This document shows, piece after piece, positions 48,904 through 62,905 of a DNA stretch of 64,000 bases. The stretch comes from Eledone cirrhosa. Its lineage: Eukaryota. Below the pieces are notes generated by a model that was not told where the DNA came from, ran no database searches, and worked only from the letters and a program-made list of their open reading frames with translations. The DNA is taken from NCBI GenBank assembly GCA_964016885.1, contig OZ024741.1:109120001-109184000 (forward strand). The letters are read 5' to 3'. Each line of letters starts with the position of its first letter. Positions within the stretch are counted from its first letter, which is position 1. The position numbers and the translations under genes are program-made.

Positions 48904-49616
48904 CACACACATAGATAATTTAGTTTAGTACTTAGGTCATATAATATCTAAACTTACTGACGAAATTGTTGATGTTTTGGGTATTGTTATCTTTTTTATT
49001 TTTTATGGTGCGGTCCTTGTTATATTTGTTGTCAAAATATCATTAATTTTATTTTCTCTCATAAAATTTCAATCAGCCATTTTGCTAAGATCATATTTTT
49101 TTATTTCCCTTCTTTAACGTTTTCAAAGCAAAACAAAAAAAGAACTCGTATATACACCTCCAAAATGACTTTTTGTTTTGTATGAATATTTATATGTGTT
49201 CGAATATAGACAGGCCCTACATATAGACATTCGAATATAGACTTCACCTCGCTATGAAGTGGGCGGTTCTCCAAGATTATTGCAGCGTCGCAAAGAGAAA
49301 GTCTGTTTTAGGTTTGGGGCTACTGTTCCACATTTTCTCCAATTCCGTTGTCTTCTCTTATTAACCCAATGTGAATTTTCGGAATAAACAGAATGGTGTG
49401 TCATCACATGATCAGATGTCACCTCAGACAACTGGCGATAGTCTATGTTATAGACATGTTTCTTCAGAAACATTGTACCTTTTTCTTATGGTCGATAGTA
49501 GAAAGTTCGTCGTAAAACGCAAACTTGGGCAAGCATACTAAGGCTGATGAGAAAAGATGAGAATACGTGGGACTTTATAGATAATTCAAACCCATAACTC
49601 TACTGAACGCAGATTT

Positions 49617-50135
49617 TATGATTTTGGCCAAGATGATAGCAACGGAGTTGGTCCTTGTCATCGTGTGTCTGGTAGGCGAGGCGCGGACATGCGCAATCCC
49701 GAACAAGGCTATACACAACAACGTCCACCTCATATTTGACTAAACTCAATTTAATGGAGAGGGGAGTGTTGCCCCCATTACATTTGTTAAAATGTCGGTG
49801 AATGTATCGAGGATGGCCCGAGTGGATAGGCCTACTCTAAACATGCGCTAGTATGCTGGAGATTTCATTAGATGGGGCACCTTCTGATGGTGCACTTGGT
49901 GATTAAGGTGATTTAGGATTTGTGGTTTTCCTAAACTATTACAGGGTGAGGCTCCGTTACCTATTGGGGAACTCTGTTCTTTTAATTAATTGATTGTTGT
50001 TGTTTTTTTTTATTTTGTTACTTGTTATCTTTTTTACATGATTAGTTTGATGAATCCCCATTGCCTTTGTCCATTTGTATTGACCCTAGTTTTTCGTCCC
50101 TTGTCGTCAATAAAGAAATGATTATTATTATTATT
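49617..50135 (+). mobile_element. Old, internally deleted relative of the Tx1-like LINE
   Basis: Similar to 15634-15747 and about 17415-17460; ends AATAAAGAAATG(ATT)n. Confidence 0.75.
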
Positions 50136-50526
50136 GTTGTTGTTGTTGTTGTGCCTAAATCGGAAAACATTATCATTATTATTATTATGTAACTTGGCCT
50201 TTCATCCTTACGGGGTCGATAAAATAAAGCACCAGTAATACACTGGGATAATTGCTGGCCTTGTGCCAAAAGTAGAAACAATTATTATGTAAACGCCAAC
50301 ATCGTCATAGTCGTCAGAAATTTACTAAATTATATATGCCTTCCAATTTCATTCAAGCAAAACGAAATGTCTAATACACAAAACTTTGTAGATACTTTCA
50401 CTAACCGTATATATCTGGTATGTAGACAGAATATAAAATATAATGGAGAAATTATTTAAAAGATAAAGCAGAAAACAACATATTTGGGAAAAGAAATGAT
50501 GCATACATATATGTTCACACATATTC

Positions 50527-50617
<91 letters not shown>

Positions 50618-50711
50618 CAGGAACAAAACAAAAACAAGGCGTGCAGTACGAACAGTGTTGGTATTAGATGCCTATGTGTGTGTATGTGTCTGTGGCTGTA
50701 TATGTATATAT

Positions 50712-50744
<33 letters not shown>

Positions 50745-51089
50745 TTGTGTGTGTGTGTATACGCATATATGTATGTGTATGTATATTTATACACCACACC
50801 CAAATACCAAATATACACATTTGTATATGATACACTTACATTGTCAGGCCTACGCATACATATATATGTACATGTCCTTCATACTCACACGCATACATAT
50901 ATATTCAATATGCACACATTAATTCTAGTAGACAGACACGATATCATACAAGTGTACAAGTACACAAATATTTATGTATAAATACATACTTCTATACATT
51001 CATGTATATATACTTACATAAATATAAATATAGATATATACTTACATATATACTAGCACACATACACACAAATAAATACGTACATTGAT

Positions 51090-51539
51090 ACATCATACAC
51101 ACACACATACATGAATACATACATACATACAAACATACAAGCATACATACATACATGCATACATATATACAAACATACTAGCATACATACATACATACAC
51201 ACAAACATACATATATATACATACATGCAAACATATTAGCATACATATATACATACATACAAACATACTAGTATACATACATACATGCATACATATATAT
51301 ATATTTATACATACATGCAAACATATTAGCATACATACATACATACATACATACATACATACATACATACATACATACATACATACATACAAACATACTA
51401 GTATACATACATACATGCATACATATATACAAACATACTAGCATATATACATACACACACATACATACATATATATATATACATACATGCAAACATATTA
51501 GCATACATACATACATATATTCATACATACATACATACA

Positions 51540-51573
<34 letters not shown>

Positions 51574-51622
51574 CATACATACATACATACATACATACAT
51601 ACATACATACATACATACATAC
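51090..51622. repeat. (CATA)n-based compound microsatellite
   Basis: Direct reading. Confidence 0.9.
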
Positions 51623-52103
51623 AGGCGTAAAATGAGGGTTAAATATTTGCAGAATATATTTATCGATACAAACGCATTCGTATCGATTGGTGTCAGAAGA
51701 TTCCTCGCAAAAGTTGTTAACCTAATTATTTTGTTAAAACTCCGACAGTAAATAGACTTACTTTTCCCAAAACTACGATATTAAATTATTACATTTATAA
51801 CATACAGTCTCGCGGCGGCGTTGATGGCGCGGGAAAATATTTTGTTTCCCTCATTACTGAGAATGTGTAAAGCCGTGTGTGGCAGTTTATGTTATCGGGT
51901 AAGATATATATATATATATGTTCGTGTGTGTGAGTGTGTGTGAAAATATTCTGCTGGTATTCGGTTCCCACCCACAATCGTCAACACATGGTATAGATAT
52001 ATATATATAAATATGTATGATTGTATGTGTTAGTGTGCAAACATATATGTATATTGATGCATATCGGTGAGCGTGCGTATATATATATATATTTATATAT
52101 ATA

Positions 52104-52302
52104 TAACGAAAGAGGTATGGTAAGGAACCAGGTGGACCATAACGCACCAGAGTACTCAATACTTAGGGTAGTAGAGTAGGTAATAGGAAAATGTTTAACC
52201 CCGACGGCAGAGCTCAAACCATTTCGACGGCTAATTCTGGATTCTGAGTCCAGAAATAGCTGTCGAAACGGTCTGAGCACTGCCGTCGGGGTTAAACATT
52301 TT

Positions 52303-52304
<2 letters not shown>
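52104..52304 (-). mobile_element. Family A fold-back element
   Basis: Tail 52104-52185 plus palindrome 52186-52304, in (TA)n. Confidence 0.85.
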
Positions 52305-52337
<33 letters not shown>

Positions 52338-53557
52338 CAAAGGAATTGTGGTAAGGAACCAGATGGACCATAACGCACCAGAGTACTCAATACTTAGGGT
52401 GGTAGAGTGGGAAATAGGAAAAAGTATGACCCCGACGGCAGAGCTCAAGCCGTTTCGACGGCTATTTCTGGACTAAATTAGAATTTTTAGCCTGGTGAAT
52501 AAATAGACGAACTTTCAAGGGGGTACCTCCTTATATGGGAAGATTGTAGTTGTCAAGAGGATTGGTTAAAATTTGTTGTAAACTCAAATAAGTCTATCAT
52601 GGCATTTGGTGGGAGGTAGGGGTGGCTGAACTTGCTTGTAGAACAATAGGGGTGTGAGTGGAGCGGTCAAGCGTTGAAAGTGATATGTATACAGCAGAAT
52701 CTAAGGATAGTGTATGAAGTGGAGGAGGGAGGTTATAGAATAGGTAAATCGAATGAGAGTAGGAGACAATAAAAGATAATAGAAAGAAAAATGTATTGTG
52801 AGAAATGAATAAAAAAAATCATAATGCTATCTTACAATTACAGGTTAATAAGTTGAGAATAGAAAAAACTTGTAGAAATTGAGTATTACCAGAACTGATA
52901 CAAAATTAAAGGGGTTTAACACGTCTGCTATAAGTAGTTAGTAAAACGTATTCGGCCAATTCTATCTAAAAATTACAGGGGTGGGGGAACTGATGCTACA
53001 GGGGCCCGATGGGCTGCATCGGGATAAGCGAAAGGGGAAAAGCAGACGAGGAAGAAAATAGGGGGTGGAAGGAAGTGATAGGATGAGACAGGGGGAAGAA
53101 GAAGACAAAGAGGAAAAGAAAAGGAAAGAGATACATCTACCTAAGTAAGCTGGGGTTTCCCTAACTTATTCGGCAAGTGGTTGAGGGGGGGATATCAGCC
53201 CTTGTCTACCCACCCGGGCCGTTATGGGGTTTGAGGGCGAGGTAAGTCCTATGCAATCTGTGTTTGCAAGCGGTTACCAGTTCGTCTTTCTTGTTTAGGA
53301 GTTGGTCCTTCGAAAACAACATTTGTAATGTTTCCTCCGAGCATAAGTTACATGGACGGCGTCTCCCGTGTAAGAGTTAGTTCTGGACAGTAAGCTCCAA
53401 GTGAGATTGTAGGTTATATTATTATCTTGGAGGACCCAGATGTTGCCCGAAAATGTAGTGGCTTGTCGCTGGACCGGGTTTTTGGAAAGTATGTCGGTGT
53501 TGGTAGAGCCGGGTCTTGAAGTTACACGCGGTTAATCCTATATAAGCTTTGTTGGAG

Positions 53558-54101
53558 CACCACACCTAACTTCGCACAAAACATCGTCTCCTCAAACAAC
53601 AACAAACTCAACCCCTGTGGAAGAAATAACCTAGACATCAGTGGAGAGCCGATCAGGAGGTGTAACTGCCCTGATAGATCTACGTGCCCCCTCAACAACA
53701 AATGCCGAGAACGTAACGTGATCTACCAGTGCAACGTGCGGACGGATACCTCCAACAAAGCTTATATAAGATTAACCGCGTGTGACTTCCAGACCCGTCT
53801 CTACCAACACCGACATACTTTCCGAAACCCGGTCCGGCGACATACCACTACACTTTTGGGCCACATCTGGGACCTCCAAGATAATAATATAACCTACAAT
53901 CTCACTTGGAGCTTACTGTCCAGAGCTAACTCTTACACGGGAGGACGCCGTCCGTGTAACTTATGCTCGGAGGAAACATTACAAATGCTGTTTTCGAAGG
54001 ACAAACTCCTAAACAAGAAAGACGAACTGGTAACCGCATGCAAACACAGATTGCGTAGGACTTACCTCGCCCTCAAACCTCATAACGACCCGGGTGGGTA
54101 G
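53558..54101 (+). pseudogene. Truncated PLE linker + GIY-YIG endonuclease
   Basis: CNCPDRSTCPLNNKC, VIYQC...AYIRLTACDFQTRLYQH (YIG changed to YIR), CNLCSEE, CKH. Confidence 0.85.
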
Positions 54102-54798
54102 ACAAGGGCTGATATCCCCCCTCCCCAACACACACACACACACTTGCCAAATAAGTTAGGGGAGAAACCCCAGCTTACTTAGGTAGATGTATCTCTTTTC
54201 TTTTCTTTTCCTCTTTGTCTTCTTCTTCCCCCTGTCTCATCCTATCACTTCCTTCCACTCCCTATTTTCTTCTTAGTCTGCTTTTCCCCTTCCGCCTATA
54301 CCGATGCAGTCCATCGGGCCTCTGTAGCATCAGTTCCCCCACCCCTGTAATTTTAAGATAGAATTGGCCGAATACGTTTTACTAACTACTTATAACAGAC
54401 GTGTTAAACCCCTTTAATTTTGTATCAGTTCTGGTAATACTCAATTTCTACAAGTTTTTTCTATTCTCAACTTATTAACCTGTAATTGTAAGATAGCGTT
54501 GTGATTTTTTTTATTCATTTCTCACAATACATTTTTCTTTCTATTATCTTTTATTGTCTCCCACTCTCATTCGATTTACCTATTCTATAACCCCCCTCCT
54601 CCACTTCATACACTATCCTTAGAATCTGCTGTATACATATCACTTTCAACGCTTGACCGCTCCACTCACACCCCTATTGTTCTACAGGCAAGTTCAGCCA
54701 GCCCTACCTCCCACCAAATGCCATGATAGACTTATTTGTGTTTACAACAAATTTTAACCAATCCTCTTGACAACTACAATCTTCCCATATAAGGAAGT

Positions 54799-54895
54799 AC
54801 CCCATTGACAAGTTCGGGTATTTATTCACCAGGCTAAAAATTCTAATTTAGTCCAGAAATAGCCGTCGAAACGGCTTGAGCTCTGCCGTCGGCGT
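54799..54895 (+). ncRNA. Decayed hammerhead of family A (mirror copy at 52429-52524, minus strand)
   Basis: ACCCC-aTTGACAA-GTTCGGGTATTT...AAATAGCCGTC-GAAAC-GGC..GCC-GTC-GGCGT. Stems and GUC triplet are present; the core differs from CTGACGA. Confidence 0.6.
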
Positions 54896-54929
54896 CATAC
54901 TTTTTCCTATATATATATATATATATATA

Positions 54930-54984
54930 GGAAAAAGTATGACCCCGACGGCAGAGCTAAGCCGTTTCGACGGCTTGAGCTTTT

Positions 54985-55052
<68 letters not shown>

Positions 55053-55171
55053 AAAATATTTTACCCCGACAGCAGAGCTCAGGCCGTTTCGACGGCTATT
55101 TCTGGACTCAGAAAATCCAGAAATAGCCGTCAAAATGGATTGAGCACTGCCGTCGGAGTTAAACATTTTCC
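54930..55171. mobile_element. Two tail-less family A palindromic fragments (54930-54986 and 55051-55171)
   Basis: GGAAAA...CCCCGAC.GCAGAGCT...TTTTCC units separated by (TA)n. Confidence 0.8.
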
Positions 55172-55602
55172 TATATATATATATATGTATATACAAATAC
55201 ATATATATATATATATATATATACAAATACATATATATATATGTTTATATACGTTTATATATATATATGTGTGTGTGCGCGTCTGTGTGAGTGTGTGAGT
55301 GTTTGCGGGATTGTGTGTGTATGTGTGTGTACGCACTTATTGTGACGTCAATTTCCCTCTATTTTTCTCTTTATCTTTCTCACTTTTCCTCTGGCATAGA
55401 CAAAATTGTACGCATTCATCAAAATTGTGATTTTTTTAATAGATTATAAATTTCTCTATACAAATGCGCGGCTATGCATGGACGAATTTTAAATGAGAAG
55501 GAACAAAATCCTGTTCTCTAGGTCTCAGTAATTTAATTAATGAAAACATATATACTACCCGCTGTATGCATTGAATTCCCTGGTAGAAATATTAACTCTA
55601 GA

Positions 55603-55633
<31 letters not shown>

Positions 55634-56009
55634 GTGTGTGTGCGCGCGCGCGTATGTGGGTGTATGTGTGTACATATGTATATATGGATTGATGGATGAA
55701 TGGATGGATGAATTATGATATAATGATGATTCACTTTAAAATTTTTATTGTATATCGACCCTTCCATATGGTTCACAGCCATGTAAATGTTTTGATTGAA
55801 TCTACTCGTCTTTGGGGTACATCGACTCTAGACACAAAAAAGTATATCACATCAATAAGGATCTCGAGCCAATTATCTGTGAAACATATGTAACGGGCAA
55901 TATACAATTAAAATATTTTAAAGTGAAATTTCGTTACATCATACTTTATATATATATACGTTGCTTTAGCATCGTGTGCTCATATAACTAACCAACAATA
56001 TTACTAAAT

Positions 56010-56130
56010 ATTACGATCTGAGTTCAAATCCCGCCGAGGTTGACTTTGCCTTTCATCCTTACGGGGTCGATAAAATAAAGTACCAGTAATGAACTGGATA
56101 ATTGCTGGCCTTGTGCCTAAAGTAGACACA
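56010..56130 (+). mobile_element. SINE copy, 5'-truncated
   Basis: GAGTTCAAATCCCGCCGAGGTTGACTTTGCCTTTCATCCTTACGGGGTCGATAAAATAAAGTACCAG. Confidence 0.8.
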
Positions 56131-56179
56131 AATATTACTAAATATCGCACAGGTGTGGTTTCCATTTTGCAAGATATAT

Positions 56180-57100
56180 CTTTCCACAGTTCGTCTCTTT
56201 GGCCGAAGTCGGCACCTCGCATCTAGATTGTTGTCAGTCACTCACAGTCTTCTACCGGTGGGGCTATGTGATCTATAGTGTTCTATAAAGAAGTAGTGAT
56301 GACGACGTTCTCGAAGGAAATCTGGCTCTCGACGAAATCAAACTGAGCACTCTGTACTGGTGAACTTTCGAGCCGAGGAGTATGGGCAACTTTCAGAAAT
56401 CCTTAGCTTAGCAAATTTTCAGGTCCGGAAGTGCTGTCGGGTGGACCTGTCAGAGATGTAAGCAGAATGATAATACTGTTCCGCACGCACTCATCCAGTT
56501 TCCGAGCATGGCTGACTCCCGTAGTTTTGCCGAACAGCAATTATTCCGTTTAGGATGGATCTGGATGTCGACCGACAATCTCATGCAACTCACTCCAACC
56601 CCTTCTTTAGTAGGGGAAGAGCAGGCAGTTTTCCTCGGCCTGGTGGCTGTAGCGTAAAAAGTTGGGTGGCGGACGCGGCTGAAAGGGCTGAAGACAAACA
56701 CTTTCCTATTTGACCAATCCCTCATCCATATTTTCAGGTTCCACTTGGAAAGTAAAGTGAGGGTAGAAAGGGAAGTGTCTCCCCCTAGTACATTTAATAA
56801 GAGGTGGGTGAATGTAGCGAGTATGGCTCTCTATGTTGGAGAGTTTATAGAGGAGAGGGGCACGAACTGTTTGTGTTCTTGGTAATTAGAGTGATATAGG
56901 TATTGTGGGAATCCTATATTACACCTGGGTGGTACCAGCCCCTATTGGGAAATTTTTTTATTATTAATTTATTCTTAATTATTTCCTGTTATCTTTTTTA
57001 CACGTTCTGTATAAATCCTCACTGTTCCAGTTCCTGTATTGTCCTTTATGTTTCGGCCCTAGTGGCCAATAAAGAGATAATAATAATTATTATTATTATA
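56180..57100 (+). mobile_element. Old 3' fragment of the Tx1-like LINE family
   Basis: Collinear similarity to about 16840-17440; ends AATAAAGAGATAATAATA(ATT)n. 5' boundary approximate. Confidence 0.75.
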
Positions 57101-57366
57101 GTTATTCTTATTGCTGTTGTTTTCGTTTGTTTTATCATCATTATTTGTATTTTGTTCCATATGTTATATTATCTGAATTAAGAAATAACAGTAACGTTGT
57201 TGGAGGCGATGACTCACGCCAATTAGCGAAATTCTGTTTTGCATAAACAAAATAGAAACAGATGAAACATAACCGACTAAATAAAGTGAAAAACAGGATT
57301 CAGGGAATTATTGATCTATGCACTTTATCTCCACTTTACAATAAACACACACACACTCTTCATTAG

Positions 57367-57402
<36 letters not shown>

Positions 57403-57520
57403 CATACATACATACCTATATATATATATATATATATATTTATGTGGATGTGTGTGTGTGTATGTATGCATATGTATATAGGTAACATATATATGTATGT
57501 ATAAATACATACCAGTATAC

Positions 57521-57567
<47 letters not shown>

Positions 57568-58062
57568 GACGCACACATATATATATGTGTGTGGGTGTAT
57601 ATGTGTGTGTGTGGTGGGGGTGTCTGTGTGGTCTGCATTTGTTTGTGCATATGTGTACATTGTAATATAGCCTTTGGATAGTAATCTACTGAATCAATAC
57701 GAGACATTTTGTTTGCTTCCTTATGTTTGTCTCAATATCCTATCCATCTATATATATGTTTTTAATGTTTGCTTTGTTTATCATCTCGTATTTTAGGTTA
57801 TTCATACGAATATTTTTCAATTATAAATTTTATTTTCCCAAAAATTTCAAATTCACAGGTATATCTTCTTCTCAATAGTGTTATCGCTGAATTTTTATGA
57901 TTTGACAAATGCCGTAGAGTAGAATTGAACTAGAATTGATCAGTTTATTGTGATTCAGATAGCTACTCCTATAGTTCTTAACCCATAGTCATCCAAACAA
58001 TGTGAGGCCACAGAGGTAATACTAGCAATTTCAAGTTGTACGCTATACACACACACACACAC

Positions 58063-58138
<76 letters not shown>

Positions 58139-58139
58139 A

Positions 58140-58535
58140 GAAAGTGAGTTCTTTTTACAAAATGAAGAATAACCGAGGTGTCCTACACGAGTGAAAGTAT
58201 AAGGAAAAAAGATGAAATCTAAAATGCAACTGGAGTCTTTTTTGTTTAAATATATATATTTATTTGGTTCCTTTACCAGTTTCTTCACATGTGATGTGAG
58301 AAGAGAAAAACCACAGACACTCCATCTCAACTCTACTTTTGAAAAGCAGAAGAACTGCGAAACCGGTAAATGAACCAACTAAATATTTTTTTTTTTTTAA
58401 AAAGACTCCAGTTGCATTTTCGATTTCATCTTTGTTTCTTATATATACATATATTTATATATATTACATACATTTTACTTTCTCAACTATCGTGTACTTT
58501 ACTGAACATGGTCTTATTCGTCTAAACTGGCAACT

Positions 58536-58540
<5 letters not shown>
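58140..58540. repeat. Imperfect inverted repeat of PLE-end-like sequence
   Basis: Arms about 58198-58283 and 58358-58443. Each begins with an HHR 3' half (GAAAC-CG-GTA or GAAAC-TG-GTA); (TA)n on both sides. Confidence 0.65.
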
Positions 58541-58616
<76 letters not shown>

Positions 58617-59009
58617 GAGAGGGAGATAGAGAAATAGATCTCTCTCTCTATATATATATAGACATTATGATAGAAATAGAAATATATATATGTACTTATT
58701 TATTTATATATCTATTGATTTATCTAATCAATGTAAACGTCCGTATAGAGCTAGAAAGCCATGCCACAGAAGGGTAGGTATCTAGTATGGCTAAGAATCG
58801 AGACGAAAAACAAGATCGACCGAGAGATAAAAAAAGTAAGGCCAACAAGAGACAAAAGCAGCTTAAATAAGATTTTAAAAGTTAACAAAGGCAGTTATAA
58901 AGCAGCTATAATTGCTGTTGTTGAATGACATATGAAAGATAGTTTCTCTTTCACATATTGTATTAAAAACAAGACTATTCCCTAGCTATATATCGTATGT
59001 TATTCCTTA

Positions 59010-59220
59010 GTGGATTGGTAGTAGCGATGGAGCCTCGGGCAACGTATTTGTGGCATAGAGTAACGTCCCTTTACGTTTTGATTTCAAATCCCACCGATGT
59101 TAGCTTTACCTTACATGCTTACGGGGTCGATAAAATAAAACACCAGTAATGCACTGGAGTCGATTTCATCGACTAACCCCCCTCCAAAATATTGTGGGCC
59201 CTCTGCTTAAGTCAGAAAAC
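59010..59220 (+). mobile_element. Degenerate SINE copy
   Basis: TTCAAATCCCACCGATGT...CTTACGGGGTCGATAAAATAAAACACCAG. Confidence 0.7.
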
Positions 59221-59351
59221 ATAATTCATGCATTCGTATTAGTTTTTGAATGTTCGTTTGAAACAATAAAGTACCTAATGCATCGTTAAGGTTAATTTCA
59301 CGGTGTTCAAGTTGAAGATGTAATAGCCTCTTTTAATGTTGGAAAATATCA

Positions 59352-59560
59352 ATGGCGCGTGGCTTCGTGGCTAGAACGCTGGATTCACAATCATGATGTT
59401 GGAGTTCCCTACTCAGACCAAGGAGCGTTGCATTGTGTCCTTGAGCACGACACTTTATTTCACATTCCTCCAATTTATGCAGCGGTATGCGACGTCACTT
59501 ATATCAAGCTGTGTCGCTCGTTGTGTTTCCTCTGGATAACATCATACATATTATATTCAG
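59352..59560 (+). mobile_element. Degenerate tRNA-derived SINE of a second family
   Basis: TGGCGCGTGGCTTCGTGG head and TTGTGTCCTTGAGCACGACACTTTATTTCAC CORE-like segment. Confidence 0.55.
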
Positions 59561-59938
59561 TGTAAAGGAGACACTTTTTATGAACTCTAATTTTGTAAGG
59601 AGGAATGCACCGTTGGTAAAATTACAGGGGTGGAGCAGTTCTCTCGCGTCCCAGTTTCTTGACGTCGAGCCTGCTTTGAAAGTTGTTTGAAAACTGATAC
59701 GAGTGGGAAGTTCAATTTTACCATTAAAAAATATGGTAAAATTGCAAGGTAAACACAATGAAATATATATTTCCCAGTGGAACTGTGGAGCTGCTTTCAA
59801 ATTAATTCGACATCTAATTTTTCTCTGTATAACATGATTAGACAAAATTGTGGCATTACAATTTGCCACACAATCATGTGGTTTTCTATCCGCACTATCT
59901 GCATCACAGTTTCACCAATTGACGTCTACCAGAAGCCT

Positions 59939-60013
<75 letters not shown>

Positions 60014-60399
60014 ATATATATATCTAATTGAGAGTAGTTAAGATTGGGTTACTTCACCATATCTGCTTTGCTTTATGTCTGGTGGCATTACAACTGGGTG
60101 GAAATACATGACCAGCGACATATCCCCTTGATTACATAATTACACCTATGATTGTATAAGCATCTGATAAGTCATATGCCTAACCATGTAACAGAAATAT
60201 ATATCATGCAATAAAGCAATTATGGTCTTAAATACTCGTAATTTGATAAAGGAATACGCCATCAATCTTAAGCTGGGATAAACTATTGACGTGAAGTGCT
60301 TTTGGATCGCTCGAACCGGCTTATTCTCATGAAGTTACAAGGTAACAACCACGTATAAGCAACTTATCCTCTGCAACTATATATATATATATATCACAT

Positions 60400-60700
60400 A
60401 AGAAACGGAGAATCAGTGGTGCGACGAATAAAATGTATTAGACATATTACAATCGTTTCTCTGGCGACGAGCGCGAGGCACGATCGATGCAATGATTTAA
60501 CCTGACTCTGAAATCGCAAGATCCTCAGATACGTCTCGATTCTACGAAGCACAGTTTCCAAATGTCCAGTTACACCCGCAGCCTTCACTCGGCAGCTTAA
60601 ATCCTGATGTTGTCTTTCGGTGAGCGGTCAAGAATTGTACACGTCATCGGTATTTTTGGTCACTCATGGCCGTCGTATATTTGGTTCTTTTCATTTGCCA
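60400..60700 (-). mobile_element. Possible decayed Tc1/mariner transposase fragment
   Basis: Weak resemblance only: RP*VTKNTDD...HRSCLALVARE...TTDSPF versus the Tc1 pattern GRPRxT...HRxxRLxWAR...FSDESRF. Confidence 0.3.
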
Positions 60701-61911
60701 CCTGCCAATCAAAGTTGTTTCTTGTATCGGAATTACTACTGTAGGAGATAAGGGGTTGTGTGATTGAACCGTTCGCGGCCTGTCGCAGCCTTCCCGGCCT
60801 GTAGGCCATGTTTCGCGAAGGCGTGATAACTATGGGCACTTATACACCCACAGTAATCACATACACACCTGCAACTGTATTATATGCGACAATCACAGTA
60901 AATATTGATTGTGCAGCGAATACTTAGAAGTAATTTTATTTTAAATGGAAAAACATTTAAAAAACGTTTCAGAAAAACACACTCTCAAAATACCTTAAAA
61001 AACACACATTTAAAAAAAAACGTAAAAAGAACGTTTTTAAATAAATGCTTGAAAGAGCCTTTCAAAATAGTTATTTCAAAGTTATTTTTGATAAATATAC
61101 ACATATCTACACACACACACTCTGTACTCAGGAAAGCATATATACTTAAGACATATATATACAGATGAAAAAGTGGATGATCTGCACACACACATGCATA
61201 CACCTACACAGACATGTTCATACAAATACATACACCCAGACATGCATACACATGCATGTATGCATATATGCGTGCACATACATATATACATGTACCCGCG
61301 CATGGGCATGTTTATACATCTAAAAAAAGCACATACTTGTTGAATACCTACATATCCTCACACACAAACAAGCAACTGTGCACATGGCGCATAAAATATT
61401 ATATGAGACAACATTCCTGAGGCTTGGACCCAACCCATTCAGGGGGCCACATAAGCCTGAAAGTTCATGCACAATATGCATAAATGCAATAGTTACGTAG
61501 TAGCCATGCACTAACCACAGATAACATTGGGGGGGGGGGTCACAAATATAAATGCGTGTACGTACATAAAATAAAATAAAATAAAATAAGGTAAAATAAA
61601 ATACTGGAAAAAGGAATGTATACATGAAAAACATGCAAAGGAGGTATCTGTTCACGCCACCAGGACATTATTGGGATGTGCATAAAGGTGCATAAAATAC
61701 TTAAAGAATGTGATGCATAAGGCTATATAAGATACAGAAGGACTGACGATCCAAGGGACTGGGTAAGAACCTGTACATCAACCATGCACATGAGACAGGA
61801 CACCGTGTGTGTGTATATACACAAACAAGTTATATATATTGTGAATATGTAGAATATCCTTTTCATAATGGGTATGCACATGCACAGTGCTTAGAAATAC
61901 ATTCTTTTATT

Positions 61912-61958
61912 AGCTAACAGTGTTTCATCCATGCACCATGGCAAGAATCATCAGAACC
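61912..61958 (-). ncRNA. Type I hammerhead ribozyme
   Basis: GGTT-CTGATGA-TTCtTGC catggt GCAtGGAt-GAAAC-ACT-GTT-AGCT. Confidence 0.65.
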
Positions 61959-62905
61959 TATAAACATGAGTATATCAGTAGTTGCATGCTCCATCGAGCT
62001 GCGTCACCAGTACAAGGTTAAAGGACCAGCAGAGGGTTCCCGATGCCAGCGCTATATGTAAAAAGACAGAATACATGATGAACATAATGTCATAAAATGT
62101 CTTAAAAATTAAAAAATTAAAAATTACACCAAACGTTTATCACTTAAATGGTGCAATATATGATAAAGAGGTTGGGAGAGCGTAGCAAGGGATGAGTGAG
62201 GGTATTACTCAGCATGATCAGAAACAATAAGAAAATAATAAAAAAAATAATAATAAAAAAGTACAAAAATACAGGGATAAGAAAAGAGATAAATATAAAA
62301 ATACAAAACAATAAAGGAACAAAAAGACCGGAACCCCCCCCCCCCAATATAAGACAAAGCAAAGCATAGATGCATCAAAGCAAAGCATAGATGCATCAAA
62401 GCACAAGCAGTGCAAAAAGAGGGTGTACAGGCTGATCAAGAGAGTTTGCAAGCATGAGTCTGTGAAAAGAATAGTTGGTTAGCAGTGGTGCAGCCTTACA
62501 TGTATGACAGTCCATATGAGGGATGGTGTACTCCAATTATATCGCCTTGTAACAGGTCGATTCTCCTTATCATATCCGCACCCTACGAACCACATCGATG
62601 TGTTCAGTTCCGAACGTTAAGTGAGATAACACCAATTTTTCAAAACCTATACCCAGGGGATATATCACCCTAGGCGGTCTGGGATATACACCTAAAATCT
62701 TAAATAAAAAATAAAAGAAAGTACGACAAGTTAAAGAAATGTATGGTACATATACACCCAGCACAGATGTAAGGAAATTGAAAACACGCCAGTTCCGCAG
62801 AAACTGGCATTCCCCAAAATCCTCACGTTCGGTCGCTCAATCCAACGTGCCAGGTGAAATTCACTGTATGTCCAAGTTGGCGTTCAACCAATGTATCGCA
62901 CCGCA

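Larger units (their letters stand above)
52336..54910. mobile_element. Naiad-type PLE (family A) present as a 2.5-kb inverted repeat
   Basis: Arms 52414-53557 and 53750-54910 with a 192-bp spacer. Both arms carry GIY-YIG sequence and the family A end. Confidence 0.92.
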
